A stretch of DNA of 64,000 bases from Somniosus microcephalus (lineage: Eukaryota). The first letter of the stretch is position 1. Each line of letters begins with the position of its first letter. Location of the stretch: assembly GCA_052327205.1 (NCBI GenBank), contig JBMRGM010000035.1, forward strand, positions 141,422,001-141,486,000, written 5' to 3'. Below the pieces are notes generated by a model. That model saw only the letters and a list, made by a program, of their open reading frames with translations, was not told the DNA's origin and did no database searches. Both the position numbers and the translations under genes were made by a program. Shown in pieces: positions 20,785 to 34,884 of this stretch.

Positions 20785-23335
20785 TTACATAGAAACATAG
20801 AAGGTAGGAGCAGGAGCAGGCCATTCGGCTTCTTGAGCCTGCTCCGCCACTCAATGCGATCATGGCTGATCATCCAAATTCAGTACCCTGTCCCTGCTTT
20901 CTCCCCATATCCCTTGATCCCTTTAGCCTTAAGAAATATATCTAACTCCTTCTTGAATATATTTAATGAATTGGCCTCAACTGCCTTCTGTGGTAGAGAA
21001 TTCCACAGGTTCACCACTCTCTGGGTGAAGAAATCCCTCCTCATTTCAGTCCTAAATGGCTTACCCCTTATCCTTAGACTGTGACCCCTGGTTCTGGACT
21101 CCCCCGCCATCGGGAACAGCCTTCCTGCATCTAGTCTGTCTAGTCCTGTTAGAATTTTATAAGTTTCAGTGAGATCCCCCCTCATTCATCTAAACTCTAG
21201 CGAATATAAGCCTAATCGACCCAATCTCTATTCATACGTCATTCCTGCCATCCCAAGTATCAGTCTGGTGAATCTGCACTGCACTCCCTCCATGACAAGA
21301 ACATCCTTCCTCAGATAAGGCGACCAAAACTGCACACAATACTCAAGGTGTGGTCTCACCAAGGCCCTGTACAACTGCAGCAAGACATCCTTGCTCCTGT
21401 ACTCGAATCCTCTCGCTATGAAGGCCAGCATATCATTTGCCTTCTTAACCGCCTGCTGCACCTGCATGCATACCTCCAGTGACTGGTGCACAAGGACACC
21501 CAGGTCTCGTTGCACTTCCCCTTTTCCCAATCTATTGTCGTTCAGATAACAATCTGCCTTCCTGTTTTTGCCACCAAAGTGGATAACCTCACATTTATCC
21601 ACATTATACTGCATCTGCCATGCATCTGCCCAATCGCCCAACCTGTCCAAATCGTACTGGAGTTTCTCTGCATCCTCCTCACAGCACACGCGCCCACCCA
21701 GCTTTGTGTCATCTGCAAACTTGGATATATTACATCTAGCTCCCTCGTCTAGATCATTAATATATATTGTGAATAACTGGGGTCCTAGCACCAATCCCTG
21801 CGGTACCCCACTAGTCACTGCCTTCCCCTCGGAAAAAGACCCGTTCATTCCAACTCTTTGCTTCCTGTCTGCCAACCAGTTTTTTATCCAAGTCAGTACC
21901 TTACCCCCAATCCCATGTGCTTTAACTTTGCACGCTAGTCTTTTATGCAGGACCTTATTAAAAGCCTTCTGAAAGTCCAAATACTCCACATCCACTGGTT
22001 CTCCCTTATCTATTCTACCAGTTACATCCTCAAATAATTCCAGTAGATTAGTCAAGCACGATTTACCTTTTGTAAATCCATGTTGACTTTGTCCGATCCT
22101 GTCACTGTTTTCCAAGTGCTCTGCTATTACATTTTTATAATGGACTCTAACATTTTCCCCACTACCGATGTCAAGCTTACCGGTCTATAATTCCCCGTTT
22201 TTTCTCTACCACCTTTTTTAAATAGTGGGGTTACATTAGCTACCCTCCAATCCATGGGAACTGTTCCAGAGTCTATAGAATTTTGGAAGATGACCAGCAA
22301 TGCATCTACTATTTCTAGGGCCACTTCCTTAAGTACCCTAGGATGTAGATTATCAGGCCCTGGGGATTTATCGGCCTTCAATCTCGTCAATTTCCCTAAC
22401 ACCATTTCCCTACAAATATTGATTTCATTCAGTTCCTCCCTCTCATTAGACCCTATGTTCCCTGATATCTCTGGGAGTTTATTTGTGTCCTCCTTTGTGA
22501 AGACAGAACCAAAGTATGTATTTAATTGGTCAGCCATGTCTTTGTTCCCCATTATAAATTCCCCTGATTCTGACTGCAAGGGACCTATGCTTGACTTTAC
22601 CAATCTTTTTCTCTTCACATATGTATAGAAGCTTCTACAGTCAGTTTTTATGTTCCCTGCAAGCTTATTTTCCCCCTCTTAATTAATCCCTTTGTCCACC
22701 TTTGTTGAATCCTAAACTGCTCCCAATTCTCAGGTTTGCTGCTTTTTCTGGCCAATTTATATGTCTTCTCCTTGGATCTTATGCTATCCCTAATTTCCCT
22801 TGTTAGCCAATGTTGAGTCACCTTTTTTGTATTATTGTTATTCCAAACAGGGATCGACAAATTCTGTAGTTCCATGCGACCTTTAAATGTTTGCCATTGC
22901 CTTTTCACCATCAACCCTTTAAGTAACATTCCCCAATCCATCCTAGCCAACTCGCGCCTCATACCATCATAGTTTCCTTTATTTAAATTCAGTACCCAAG
23001 TCTCTGAATCAACTACTTCACTCTCCATCTTAATGACGAATTCTATCAGATTATGATCGCTCCGCCGCAAGGGGCCTCGCACAACAAGATTGCTAATTAA
23101 TCGTTTCTCATGACATAATACCCAGTCTAAGATGGCCTGATCTCTAGTTGCTTCCTTGACATATTGGTTCAGGAAACCATCCCGTATACACTGTAGGAAT
23201 TCCTCTTCCACAGTATTGTTACTAATTTGGTTAGACCAACCTATATGTAGATTAAAGTCACCCATGATAACTGCTGTGGCCTTTTTGCACACATTTCTAA
23301 TTTCCCATTTAATGCCATCCCCAACCTCAGCATTA
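20785..23335 (-). mobile_element. CR1 LINE ORF2 (endonuclease + RT + C-terminus), 5'-truncated with stops
   Basis: ORFs 22648-23292 (GDFN, SDHN), 22127-22618 (KSPGPD, NYRPVSLTS), 21228-22115 (QHGF, GVPQG, FADD) and 20880-21185; (catagaaa)n tail at the left end. Confidence 0.95.
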
Positions 23336-24003
23336 CAACTCCAGCCCCTCTCTCTCGCTCTCTCTGTTTTAACAACAACAACTTGTATTTATATAGCGCC
23401 TTTAATGTAGTAAAACATCCCAAGGCGCTTCACAGGAGTTTTATAAAACAAAATTTGACAACGAGCCACATAAGGAGAAATTAGGGCAGATGATCTAAAG
23501 CTTGGTCAAAGAAGTAGTTTTTAAGAAGCGTCTTAAAGGAGGAAAGAGAGGTGGAGAGGAGGAGAGGTTTAGGGAGGGAATTCCAGAATTTAGGGCCCAG
23601 GCAGCTGAAGGCACGGCCACCAATAGTGCAGTGATTAAAATCGGTCAGCAGTTAACGGTTGGCATCCCAGCCATGTGCAATCCTGCTCTCACCCGATGTT
23701 CATGTGCATGAGCGGACGGACTTTCCAGCAGGAATTATGGGATTACAATCAGGAGCAGGCTGACTTTCTCATCCCGAACACCAAAAGGGAGGCTGAAGCC
23801 CAAATGTGGCACTTACCCTGCTGCCCAAGGGTGAGATCAGCCATCTCAGCACATAGCAAGAGTCAAACCTGCTCTGTACGGTCCAGTGGTACCAGCTCAG
23901 GCAGGCACTTACCTATTGAGCCATTGGGGAGAAGAAAGAATGCATCAAGGCTAACAACCATTATAGGTGACAATAGCCAATGGCTCATGGGGCTGAATTT
24001 TTA

Positions 24004-24608
24004 CATAGGATTACATAGGATATACGGCACAGAAACAGGCCATTTGGCCCAACCAGTCCATGCCGGCGTTTATGCTCCACCCGAGCCTCATCTAAATCTA
24101 TCAACATAACCTTCTATTTCCTTTTCCCTCATATGCTTGTCTAGCCTCCCCTTAAATGCACCTACACGATTCGCCTCAACCACTCCCTGTGGTTGCGAGT
24201 TCCACATTCTCACCACATTCTGGGTAAAGAAGTTTCTTCTGAATTCCCTATTGGATTTCTTGGTGACTATCTTATATTGATGGCCTCTAGTTTTGCTCTT
24301 CCCCACAAGTGGAAACATTCTTTCTGTATCCACTCAATCAAAACCTTTCATAATTTTAAAGACCTCCATTAGGTTACCCCTCAGCCTTCTCTTTTCAAGA
24401 GAAAAGAGACCCAGCCTGTTCATCCTTTCCTGATATGTATACCCTCACATTTCTGGTATCATCCTTGTAAATCTGCTCTGCACTATATCTATATCCTCTA
24501 TACCCTTTTTATAATATGGTGACCAGAACTGTACACAGTAATCCAAGTGTGGTCTAACCAAGGTTCAATACAGGTTTAGCATAGCTTCCCTACTTTTCAA
24601 TTCTATCC
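24004..24608 (-). mobile_element. CR1 3' fragment inserted near the left end of Harbinger A
   Basis: ORF 24088-24333 FPLVGKSKTRGH..FRRNFFTQNVVRMWNS; catagga tandem tail. Confidence 0.85.
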
Positions 24609-27313
24609 GTTTTCAATACCTTTCTTTTGGGATGGGTGCGGGGTGGGGAGTGCCGTGGAGCGGGTCAGGAGCCAGGACGTCCTATCAGTGCGTTCTGCAG
24701 TGGCTTTTTGTCGAAGCCACTGCAATTGTATCAGTCATGCGGGTTTCCCGGCCAATTAACTGGAGCTGGTCTGATGACGTCACAGATGACTCAACTTCAG
24801 CTCGGCTATTTAAAGGAGCATTGCACAGATGACAGTTAAAGGTTGGTGGAGGTGCAGGAGAGGTTGATTGGGGGGAGTCAGTGGATTGTTGACAGAGTAA
24901 GCTCGTTGTTGGAATACAAAGTTATACAGCTAGATAAGCAAAAATGCAGGCTCAGCGCCAAGAAGCTGCCCCCAGATTCAGTGATGCCTCCCTGGAAATC
25001 CTGCTCCAGGGAGTCCGGGCTCGCAGGGAGGTCCTCTTCCCTGGTGACGGGAGGAAGAGGCCGGCAGCCGAGACAAACGGGGCATGGCTGGAGATCACGG
25101 AAGAAGTGAGCAGCAGGAGGGTTGTCACCAGCTCCTGGGTACAGTGCAGGAAGAGATTTAATGGCCTCACGAGGGCAGGAAAGGTGAGTGCAATGCCACA
25201 TTGACCCACATCCTGCTGTGGGTGTCACCTCAAACTCCCTCTCTCTGCTTTCCCAAGCCTACTCCTGCACATCACTCCTCACACCAACCTACCTTGCAGG
25301 TGCACCCATCCTTCACAATTTATGCAGCTACTCCCATCCCCAGCTGACTATCCACCACTGACACTCAGCCTCGTCCTAATGCAATCATATCAAGTGACAC
25401 CACAGAAGGAGGTCATTCGACAATGTCACGCCACTCGCTCATAGTCACCCTCTACAGATGTAGCCCATCCATCCCTTACACTCATTCCATGACCCTCACT
25501 CAAAGGCCTCTTGGTTCCCTCCTTGCAGAAGAGAGCATAGAACACACGGGAGAGGCAGAGAAGCGGAGGCGGACCTCCAGTAACCACACCATTGACTGCA
25601 GCAGAGGAGGAGGCGCTGGACATCAGCAGAGTTGCGGAGCTGCAGGCGGTGGGAAATGGGGAGAGGGGGACCTCCCAGCTACCTGGTGACAGAATTAAAT
25701 ATCATACAGCCACACGGCATACAACAGTCACTCATGGTGACTTGATGTCAGCAGCCAGTGAAAGATGATCATGTGCATAATGGTAAATTAAAACATTCTT
25801 ATCTTAACAGTTCTAATTCATGTCTTTACTCTCCCACAGGTCCATCAAATGCCCCTCCCCCACCCCCGCCACTGTCCAGTCAGAGGAGGAAGACGACTCC
25901 TCAGAGGAAGCTATAGTCTCTGAGGTTGCAGCGTCAGCAGACCCAGCACCAGCGCAGATACGCACACCTCGGTGGGTCCAGCGAGAGAGAGAGAGAGTAG
26001 TGTCGTCACCTGGTGTCTCGCAGATCAAAAGTGAGCAAGAGCAGGTGGAGTTGGCAGGGACAGCAGTGGCGAGTCCTCGTCGGAGGGCGCAGAACGCTCA
26101 GCTGGGCGCAGTTGCTGTAGCTCGGTGGCCATGGACAACGAGACTGATTCTTGGGAGCAGCACAAAATGCAGGAGGCTCTGGCAGCTTTTCCAGCCGTGA
26201 TGTGTGCGATTGTAGGGAGAATGGAGGAGTCCATCTCCAACATGAGCAGCACTATATTGCAGGCGATGGCAGCAATGTGCTCTTCCATGAGAAGGGTGGC
26301 CACCTGCATGGAGCAGCTAATGCGCCAGTCAAGTGAGAACATGCTTGCTGTGAACAATAGCTTGCAAACTTTGATTGCAGCCACGTCTAGGAGGGATACC
26401 AGCAGAATTGTATTCCACCACAATCTGTAACCTCATGGCCCGGCATATCCCTCACCCTACCATTACCCCCAAGCCAGGGGACCAACACGGGTTCAATAAG
26501 GAATGTAGAAGAGCATGCCAGGAGCAGCACCAGGCGTACCTAAAAATGAGGTGCCAACCTGGGGAAGCTGCAACACAGGACTACATGCATGCTAAAAAGC
26601 AGAAGCAGCATGCTATAGACAGGGCTAAGCAATCCCACAATCAACGGATCAGATCAAAGTTCTGCAGTCCTGTCACATCCAGTCGTGAATGGTGGTGGAC
26701 CATTAAACAACTAATGGGAGGAGGAGGCTCCATCAATATCCCCATCCTCAATGATGGTGGAGCCCAGCACGTGAGTGCAAAAGACAAGGCTGAAGCGTTT
26801 GCAACCAACTTCAGCCAGAAGTGCTGAGTGGATGATCCATGTCGGCCTCCTCCCGAGGTCTCCACTATCACAGAAGCCAGTCTTCAGCCAATTCAATTCA
26901 CTCCACGTGGTATCAAGAAATGGTCGAGCGCACTGGATACAGCAAAGACTATGGCCTAGAAATTCAGTATAGCCACGTTTGGGGCGCTACAGCCGGGCGG
27001 CCGCTAAAGTTTGCGCCCGGCGCAACTTCGCGCCAACTTCGACGATATTCAGTGGCATCGCCCCAAGAGGTTGCTGCTGCGCTAAGACAGGCGATGCACG
27101 ACTATCATTAGGCGCTAAGCCGGCGGCCTGGGGCGATACCCCCGAGGGCGGGCGCAGCGCAGGTGCGGCGAGTTGCTGATTGACGGCAGACACTCTGGCG
27201 CCGGTGAGCTCTTAAAGGGGGAGGGTGGATTTGTTTGCCCGCCACGCCCTGCACACTGCAGCCCTGAAGCAAGGCCTGACCACTGCTGCTTGATCTGTAC
27301 AACGCCCAGGACT

Positions 27314-29099
27314 ATGGAGAAGGCCAGGGAGAGAGCGCAGCGCTTCAGCGACGGTGACCTGAGGGTGCTGGTTGGCGCAGTGGAGCGCAGGCGCCATGTT
27401 CTGTTCCCTGAAGGCGGCAGGAGGCCGCTGCCCAGCGCCTATCGGAAAGCCTGGAGGGAGGTGTCAAACAGGGTGACCTCCAACAGTGTGGTTGCCAGGA
27501 CTCCTGTGCAATGCCGGAAAAAGTTCAACGACCTCACTCGGGTTGTCAGGGTGAGTACCCTTTCCAGTGTCCTCCTCATCCCTGCATGTGCACCTCAGTT
27601 TATGGGCAAAGGGACCTGAAAGCCCTAATGCCCAGCCCTCATCCAGCAGCTATGGGACTGTCATGAAAATCACTTGCACATTCAGCACTTTACACACTGT
27701 ACAAGCTATTCGACCATGGGAGGCAGTACAGCCAAGATCAGGGCTTCACACTGTACTTAGAGGCCATCCTTTCTCTTGCAGGCCAAGGTGGCGCACAACC
27801 AAAGGCAGCAGCGTGAGACCGGGGGAGGCCATCCTGACCTCAAAGAGCTCTCCGACCTGGACCAGCGTGGAGCGCATTATGTCAGGCCGGCTGATTGGCC
27901 CCGTCGCCAGTGGAGATGCCGGGCCTGTTCTGGGCCCCAATGGTAAGGGCATCACCTTTTTGACCTCTCTCTTTCCACTTGCGCCTCAGAACAGCATCCT
28001 TTGCCACTGTCGGACCAATGCAGTGAATAGCAGCACACATGCCTCCCTCGCTGCCGCCCTGTCCTCACTCTAAAGCAACTCTTGTGCCTCCCTGCTTTCA
28101 GATGGTGAATCGCCAGGTGAGGAGGTGGGCCCTCAACCTGGCACTGTGAGTGAATCGGAGGGCGAGGAGGAGGAAGAGGAAGAGGAAGCCGGACCATCAG
28201 TGCCACCCTCAGCCAAGGCAGCCCATGGCGATGATGGGGACACGTCTTCCCTGGAGGGGAGCTGGGGGGAAGGGTAGGAGGAGAGTGAAACTCCGGGGCC
28301 CAGCGGCCTGCAGCAACGCGGGAGGGGTGGGGAAGCTCGGCGGCCTTCTCCCCGGAGGGTGAGTGCGGCCTCCAGTCCTGCGACGGTGAGCGCAGAGGAG
28401 GTGCGGCTCCTAGAGGAAATGGCCGCCCAGGCTGAGCGCAGGCACACTGAGCTCATGGCTGCAGTGGCAAGGATGCCTGACTCCATAGAGTCACTGTCGA
28501 GGAGTGTGCAGGAATTCGGGGCAGCACAGGCCAGGAGTCTGCAGGACTTCGCGGCAGCACAGGCGGCTTCTAGCCAAGTGCTCAGTCGTGCCGTCCATTC
28601 ACTGGCTGGTGTCATGCGGACACAGACCAGGGCCACACGGGCACTAACTGCTGCCACCCTCGCTGGATCGGCCAGGCATCACCAGGGCACTCGCCGCGCC
28701 GCAGCAGCCCAGCAGTCTGTGCTTCAGCAGATTGCTGCGCATGTTGCAGTGCTAACCCGTGCGAGTGCCACTGTCTCAGGCGACCAGGGAGTACCTGTGA
28801 TCTGTCAGGTTGGCAGCATTCCTGCAGCCGACACTGCCACTCCTCCATTGCAGCTGCCACCAGCCGCTGGACAGACTGCTGCCGCACAAGCAGAGTTGGA
28901 GCAGTCAGCAGCCGGCCCCTCCAGGGCCAGAGCTGGTCCAGGCCGACCCCCAAGGGCATCTGCCGTCTCGCCATCTGACCCTCAGCAGCCTTCCCCCAGC
29001 CTTGCTGCAGCCACTGGGGTCCCATTGAGGTGGAGCTGCAGGGCGGGCAGGGGCCAGTCATGGATGCGAAAGGCATCACCCTCGCAGGGCAAAAAGTAG
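27314..29099 (+). pseudogene. Harbinger B Myb/SANT-like gene, three exons (27314-27550, 27782-27942, 28102-29099)
   Basis: RAQRFSDGDLRVLVGAV..AWREV..RTPVQCRKKFNDL; GT-AG junctions gtgagt (27551), ttgcag (27781), gtaagg (27943) and tttcag (28101); lesions in exons 2-3. Confidence 0.8.
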
Positions 29100-29382
29100 A
29101 AGGTGTGCAAGGTTGTGCAAGGTTGTTTCACTTGTAAAGGCCGAGACTGGTCGATTTGTGTTTTTTGAAAGGCCGAGACTGGTCGATTTGTGTTTTTTGG
29201 GGGGGCTTCTCTCCATTAGTTTGTTATGTGGGAAGGGCAGAGGTATCAAAGTAATAAATGTTCTTAAATCGCACTGTCCATGCTTTCTTTTGGAAGTCCT
29301 GGTTGCCCTGCTCGGCTGAGGGCTTGTGGAGCAGTTACATTCATCTTCTGCCATTGGCACAAGCCATTCCCTGAGAGGGGGC

Positions 29383-30505
29383 CTAGAACCGATGTGCAAT
29401 AAGCCACCGACGGGCGGCCCTTGCACTTTCTGCCTCCCTCCTGTGCTGGTCCTCCTCCTCCTCCTCCTCCTCCTCTGGTGGTCCTCCAATGTCTGGTGGC
29501 AGTGGCTGAGTCCTGCAGATAGCCAGGTTGTGCAGCATGCAGCACACGACCACAAAATGGAAGACTCGCTCAGGGGAGTACTGTAGGGCTCCTCCGGAAC
29601 GATCCAGACAGTGGAACCGTTGCTTCAGGACGCCGATTGTTTGCTCAATGATGTTCCTGGTTGCTTGATGGCTGTCATTGTATCCCTCTTCAGCAGGGGT
29701 GCTGGGCGCATGGAGCGGGGTCATCAGCCAGGTGCACAAAGGATAGCCTTTGTCCCCAAGAAGCCATCCTCGTGGGTGAGGCTGGGCCTGGAACATGTCT
29801 GCCACAGAAGTCTGGCGCAGGATGAAGGCATCGTGGCTGCTGCCTGGAAAGCGGGCATTGACAGCTAGGATGAGCTGCCTGTGGTCACACACGAACTGCA
29901 TGTTGAGCGAATGGTAGCCCTTCCGGTTGCGGTAATCCTCGGCATTCTCTAGAGGTGCCCGCAAAGCCACATGCGTGCAGTCAATGGCGCCCTGCACCAT
30001 GGGGAAGCCCGCTAATGCTGCAAAGCCCATTGCACGCTATTGCTGCTTGACAAGGGCCATGGAGAAGGAGATGAACTGATGTCTCCTTCTGAAAAGGGCA
30101 TTGGTCACCTGGCGGATGCAGCAATGTACGGCAAACTGGGAGATGTTGGAAATGTCCCCAGTAGCGGATTGGAAGGAGCCGGTGGCATAGAAGTTGAGAC
30201 ACCGTCACCTTCACTGCCACCGACAGAGACGTCCTGCTCCTCAGATGTGGCTGCAGAACTCCACGAAGCAGGTGGCAGATCTCAGTGACCACCGCCCTTC
30301 GGAATTGCAGCCTCCGAACACACTGCTTGTCAGACATGTTCAGATATGAGAACTGCTGGCGGTATACCCTGGGTGGGTAAGGCCTCCTTTGCCGACGCCT
30401 GTTGCCCCCTCTCCGTCTGGCCATGACTGCCACTCTCTCATGGCGTCTCTGAGCCCTTTGAATGCAATGGAGAAGGCCAACGTTTGCACCCATTGCAGCC
30501 CCCAT
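29383..30505 (-). pseudogene. Harbinger B DDE transposase (HARBI1-like), frameshifted
   Basis: GAIDCTHVALRAP, NRKGYHSLN, PGSSHDAFIL, LLGDKGYP, RNIIEQTIGVLKQRF, VCCMLHN; the N-terminal part is in another frame (29981-30505). Confidence 0.92.
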
Positions 30506-32681
30506 TATATGTTTCCAATCAATGATATGGCTCTGAAGTTAAAGACAAGTGCAAAGCTGTGGCCTGAAGCCACAAGTACCTGTGCGAGTGTTGAGCCAAA
30601 CCAGAAAGCTCTCTACCTTTGTCTCTCTGCAAAGATCCGTCTCTCACAAAGAAGGAGTTTTGCAAAATGGCTGCCTTTTCTACTGCAGGTGGAGTGCCCT
30701 TTAATTTGTGCCCCCCGTGCCCCGCAGCGACTGGGAACCGTTCCCCTCTACCAGTCGCTAGGGGCGCCAGGCGCACAATAGGCCGGCGCCACTGAATTTC
30801 CGGTTTGGGGCGCACAAAGGGCGTTGCACGATGAAATGACGTCAGGATCTGCGCGCGCAGCTGAGCACGCGCAAAGGCTTTGCGCCGCCGCTAAATCTTT
30901 ACTGAAGTTGGGGAGAGGCGCAGATCGTGCTGCGCCCGGCCGCTAGCCGCCTAGCGCCCCACATCTCCTCCTCCTAAGGCGCTAGCGGCTGGCGCAAACA
31001 ACTGAATTTCTAGGCCTATGGTCCCCGACAACATCCCGGCTATCGTGCTGAAGACTTGTGCTCCAGAACGAGCTGCGCCTCCAGCCAAACTGTTCCAGTA
31101 CAGCTACAACACTGGCATCTATCTGACAATGTGGAAAACTGCCCAGGTATGTCCTGTCCACAAAAAGCAGGGCAAATCCAACCTGGCCAATTACCACCCT
31201 ATCAGTCTACTCTCAATTATCAGCAAAGTGATGGAAGGTGTCATTGACAGTGCTATCAAGTGGCACTTACTCACCAATCACCTGCTCACTGATGCCCAGT
31301 TTGGGTTCCGCCAAGGCCACTCAGCTCCTGACCTCGTTACAGCCTTGGTCCAATCATGGACAAAAGAGCTGAATTCCAGAGGTGAGGTGAGAATGACTGC
31401 AAGGCAGCATTTGACCGAGTGTGGCATCAAGGAGCCCTGGTAAAACTGAAGTCAATGGGAATCAGGGAAAAACGCTCCACTGGCTGGAGTCATACCTAGC
31501 ACAAAGGAAGATGGTTGTGGTGGTTGAAGGTCAATCATCACAGCCCCAGGACATCGCTGCAGGAGTTCCTCAGAGCAGTCTCCTAGGCCCAACCATCTTC
31601 AGCTGCTTCATCAATGACCTTCCCTCCAACATAACATCAGAAATGGGGATGTTCGCTGATGACTGCACAGTGTTCGGCGCCATTCACAACTCCTCAGATA
31701 ATGAAGCATTCATGCCCACATGCAACAAGACCTGGACGACGTTCAGGTTTGGGCTGATAAGTGGCAGGTAACATTCGCAGCACACAAGTGCCAGGCAATG
31801 ACTATCTCCAACAAGCGAGAGTCTAACCACCTCCCCTTGACATTCAATGGCATTACCATCGCCAAATCCCCCACCATCAACATCCTGGGGGTCACCATTA
31901 ACCAGAAGCTTAACTGGACCAGTCACATAAATAGTGTGGCAACAGGAGCAGGTCAGAGGCTAGGTATTCTGCGGTGAATGTCTCACCTCCTGACTCCCCA
32001 AAGCCTTTCCACCATCTACAAGGCACAAGTAAGGAGTCCTTGCAAGCAGGGAAGTGCGGGTGTCCCATGAAAGAGGCAAGGGTGAGAGGGGACATGGAAG
32101 TAGGGCCTCTGCTCAAGGCATTCCCACTTCTCCCCCGCCGCCTTCCCCTCAGTCAGAGCCCCACATGCAGCCTCAGATCCCGATGGCTGAATCTGCACCT
32201 GCACAGGTGCAGGAGGAGTGGTCTTTGGCGGGGCCCTCACTGGCTCCAAAATCCAGAGGACGACCACCAAAAGTGTCTAAGCAGTCAGATCAGGGCAGTG
32301 AACAACCTGCCTCTACATCTGCCGAAACTCCAGGGGGTGCACATCGTAGAAGTAGTAGAAAAAGAAAAATGACACAATTATAGATACACAAGGTTATGCA
32401 CATTGGTGTGTTCCAAAATGTTAAAGGGTTAAGTTTCAGTTCAATTTACAAGCCACATAAATTTATTTATTTGCACCACTTTCCCGTCTTGTCCATTTTT
32501 GCCTGCTACCTGGGAAGTGGCCTTGTAAGTTTCAGTGAATTATAAGACATTACTTAACCTTGAGCAATGGGTGTGTGTGACAGGGATGGCTCTGGTCATT
32601 TTAGGACTGCTTTGTGGTATTGGTGGGGTGCGGGGGACGTTGGCTCAGCATTTGGGTGACATATGGGTGTAGTGGTCCAAC

Positions 32682-33750
32682 TTAACTAAACTCTGGGCCT
32701 CCCGGGCAGCAATGTGCCGCTGCTGGTGCTATCTCCACCTCAGGCTCCTCCTCCTCCTTATGTTCCTCCTGCTCCTCCTCCGAGAAGGCTCTGCACCTTG
32801 CTCCTCCTGCAGCTCCAATCCTCGCTGCTGCGCTATGTTGTGCAGAGTGTAGCATATGATGATCATTCTGGAGACCCTGGTTGGAGCATATTGAAGGGCA
32901 CCTCCAGATCTGTCCAGGCATCTGAAGCACATCTTCAGCGTCCCAATTGTTTGCTCTGTGACACATCTGGTGGACATCTGGCTTTCAATGTAGCGCTCTT
33001 CGGCCTCATTGCTTGGCCTACTCATGGGTGTCATCAGCCACATCTTCAGTAGATACCCCTTGTCTACAAGCAGCAGCCAGTAAGCCTGGTCTGAGGTGCG
33101 AGGACCTGAAGGTGGGTAGACTGGCATAGGATGAAAGAGGCATGGCAGCTCCTTGGGAATCTGGCACACACGTGTATGATGATCTTTTCATGGTTGCAGA
33201 TGAGCTGCACATTGAGGGAGTGGAAGCCCTTCTGGTGATCTGGGGGTGCCTAAATGATGCCCTGCACCTGTGTGAAGCCAGCTAGAGCCGCAAAGCCGAG
33301 CGCCCGCTCAGTCTGACTGGCTTCATCACTTGCAAAGTATACATAAGTGCCTGGCTTGTGAAACATGGCATCAGTCACCTGGGTGATGCAGTTGTGGGCG
33401 GCCGAATGCGAGATCCTGCAAATGTCTGCTGCAAATCGCTAGAAGGAACCTGAGGCGAAGAGGTTGAGGGCGGTGGTGACTTTGACAGCCACTGATGAGG
33501 CAGGTCCACCAGGTCCACTTGGCAGCAGGTCTTCTTCCAGCAAGCTACACATATCTTACGTGATAGCCTGATGCTCCTGAGGCACTGCTGTTCAGTCATG
33601 TCCAGGAAGCTCATCCTCTGCCTGTATACCCCATGTTGGGGGTATCGCCTCTGGTGAGGTGCAGCCCTGCGCTCATCCCCTCTTCTGTGGAGCAGCAGGT
33701 TGGTGAGGAGAAGGCTGCTGCTGCTGGTGTTGTTGCTGCTGGGGCTCATT
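32682..33750 (-). pseudogene. Harbinger A DDE transposase remnant
   Basis: LVDKGYLLKMWLMTP, TEQTIGTLKMCFRCLDRSGGALQY, CYTLHN; multiple frameshifts. Confidence 0.85.
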
Positions 33751-34051
33751 TTGGTCCAAATCTGAGGTCCAAGGTGAGACTGCATCAGTGGCACCCAGGA
33801 TAGATGCCAGGTAAAGTGGAGATCAGAGGCACAATCCTCCAATGTAGTGAGAGTGACTTGTAATGTGGTGAGGGTGTCTTCCGAAGTTGTAGAAATCACC
33901 TGCAAACTCCTGAAAGCAAATTCTCAGCGCAAATTGTGTCAGCAAGAGCCTTTCTCTTCGGCAAGGAAGCATGTGTGAGGTGTAGGTATGTGATTTTTTT
34001 CAACTGTCAATTGTTCAACACGCACAATGGCCACTCATTGCTCACTTTGCT

Positions 34052-34832
34052 TTCAATACAATACAATACAAATCGCTTTATTGGCATGATAAGGTACATC
34101 TTATGTTGCCAAAGCATCAAAATACATTTATGGTTGAACACATAAACGCGGTTCCATTCATACAGTGTATAAACAGGTATATCCCTGAGTTTATAAATAT
34201 ATTTTCGCCTTATTTATATATACTCTTGTCTTAGTTTACTGGTTGTCCCTCTGTTCATGGCAAGCTGTAACATAGTGTGCCGCCAGTGTTACACAGCTTC
34301 TCTCCTCCCCCAGTAGGAATGGGAGTTTTTGGTTGTCAGTCAGATTTCTGAATTCAGGGCATATTTGTGAGAATTTTTGATAGAAATTCTCTCTGATGCC
34401 CTGATATTTTCCACAGGCTGTGAGGAAGTGCATCTCTGTCTCAACTACTCCCTGACTGCAGTGAGAGCATATCCTGTCTTCTCTTGGCAGCCTGGTCTGC
34501 CTGTGTCTGCCTTTTTCGATCGCTAGGCTATGTTCGCTAAGTCTGTACCTTGTCAAGGTTCTTCTCAGTTTGTTATCCTTTACCATGGTCAGGTAATCAG
34601 CTATGTTGTATTGTCTGTTTAGGGCCAAGTAGCAATTGAGTTTGCTTTGGGTTTTTGTTGTTTCTGCCCAATATGACAGATATTTTTCCTTTTGCTTAGC
34701 GACGATTGTGTTGGGTCGAATTCTTTGTGTTACCCTGTCACTGTCCTGGGGCTGGTTATTGTTAGTATTGTTATTAGTTACTTTATTGAGTCCCAGGACT
34801 AGTTGACTGAGGGTATTCTTCTTTATGGTCAC
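34052..34832 (-). mobile_element. 3' end of an RTEX-like LINE with C-terminal zinc-finger domain
   Basis: Open 198-codon frame ..YRLSEHSLAIEKGRH..REDRICSHC..ETEMHFLTAC..Y..IR; minus-strand AATAAA and (TTGTA)n tail at 34052-34082. Confidence 0.7.
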
Positions 34833-34884
34833 AGGCGAGGTTCAGGAAGCCCATGAATCCCGTGCACAGTTAGTAAAAGCTGAC

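Larger units (their letters stand above)
26953..31016 (+). mobile_element. Complete PIF/Harbinger transposon B (4064 bp)
   Basis: Perfect 16-bp TIRs GGCCTAGAAATTCAGT / ACTGAATTTCTAGGCC; 3-bp TSD TAT (26950-26952, 31017-31019); convergent Myb-like and transposase genes. Confidence 0.95.
26390..32035 (+). mobile_element. LINE (CR1/L2 group) ORF2 fragment split by Harbinger B (pieces 26390-26952 and 31017-32035)
   Basis: Removing element B rejoins AKTM/VPDNIPAIVLKTCAPE; downstream NYHPISLLS, QFGFR, GVPQ and FADD RT motifs. Confidence 0.85.
24944..32383 (+). pseudogene. Harbinger A Myb/SANT-like DNA-binding gene (spliced; last exon interrupted by the LINE and Harbinger B)
   Basis: Exon 1 24944-25183 APRFSDASLEILLQGV..W..I..V..CRKRFNGL followed by gtgagt. 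Further exon-like pieces at about 25528-25685 and 25840-26390; C-terminus at 32035-32383 (RRSSRKRK). Confidence 0.65.

Noticed and set aside
29383-30505. Domesticated HARBI1 or NAIF1/MSANTD host genes
   Set aside because: They lie inside TIR- and TSD-bounded transposons and carry frameshifts.
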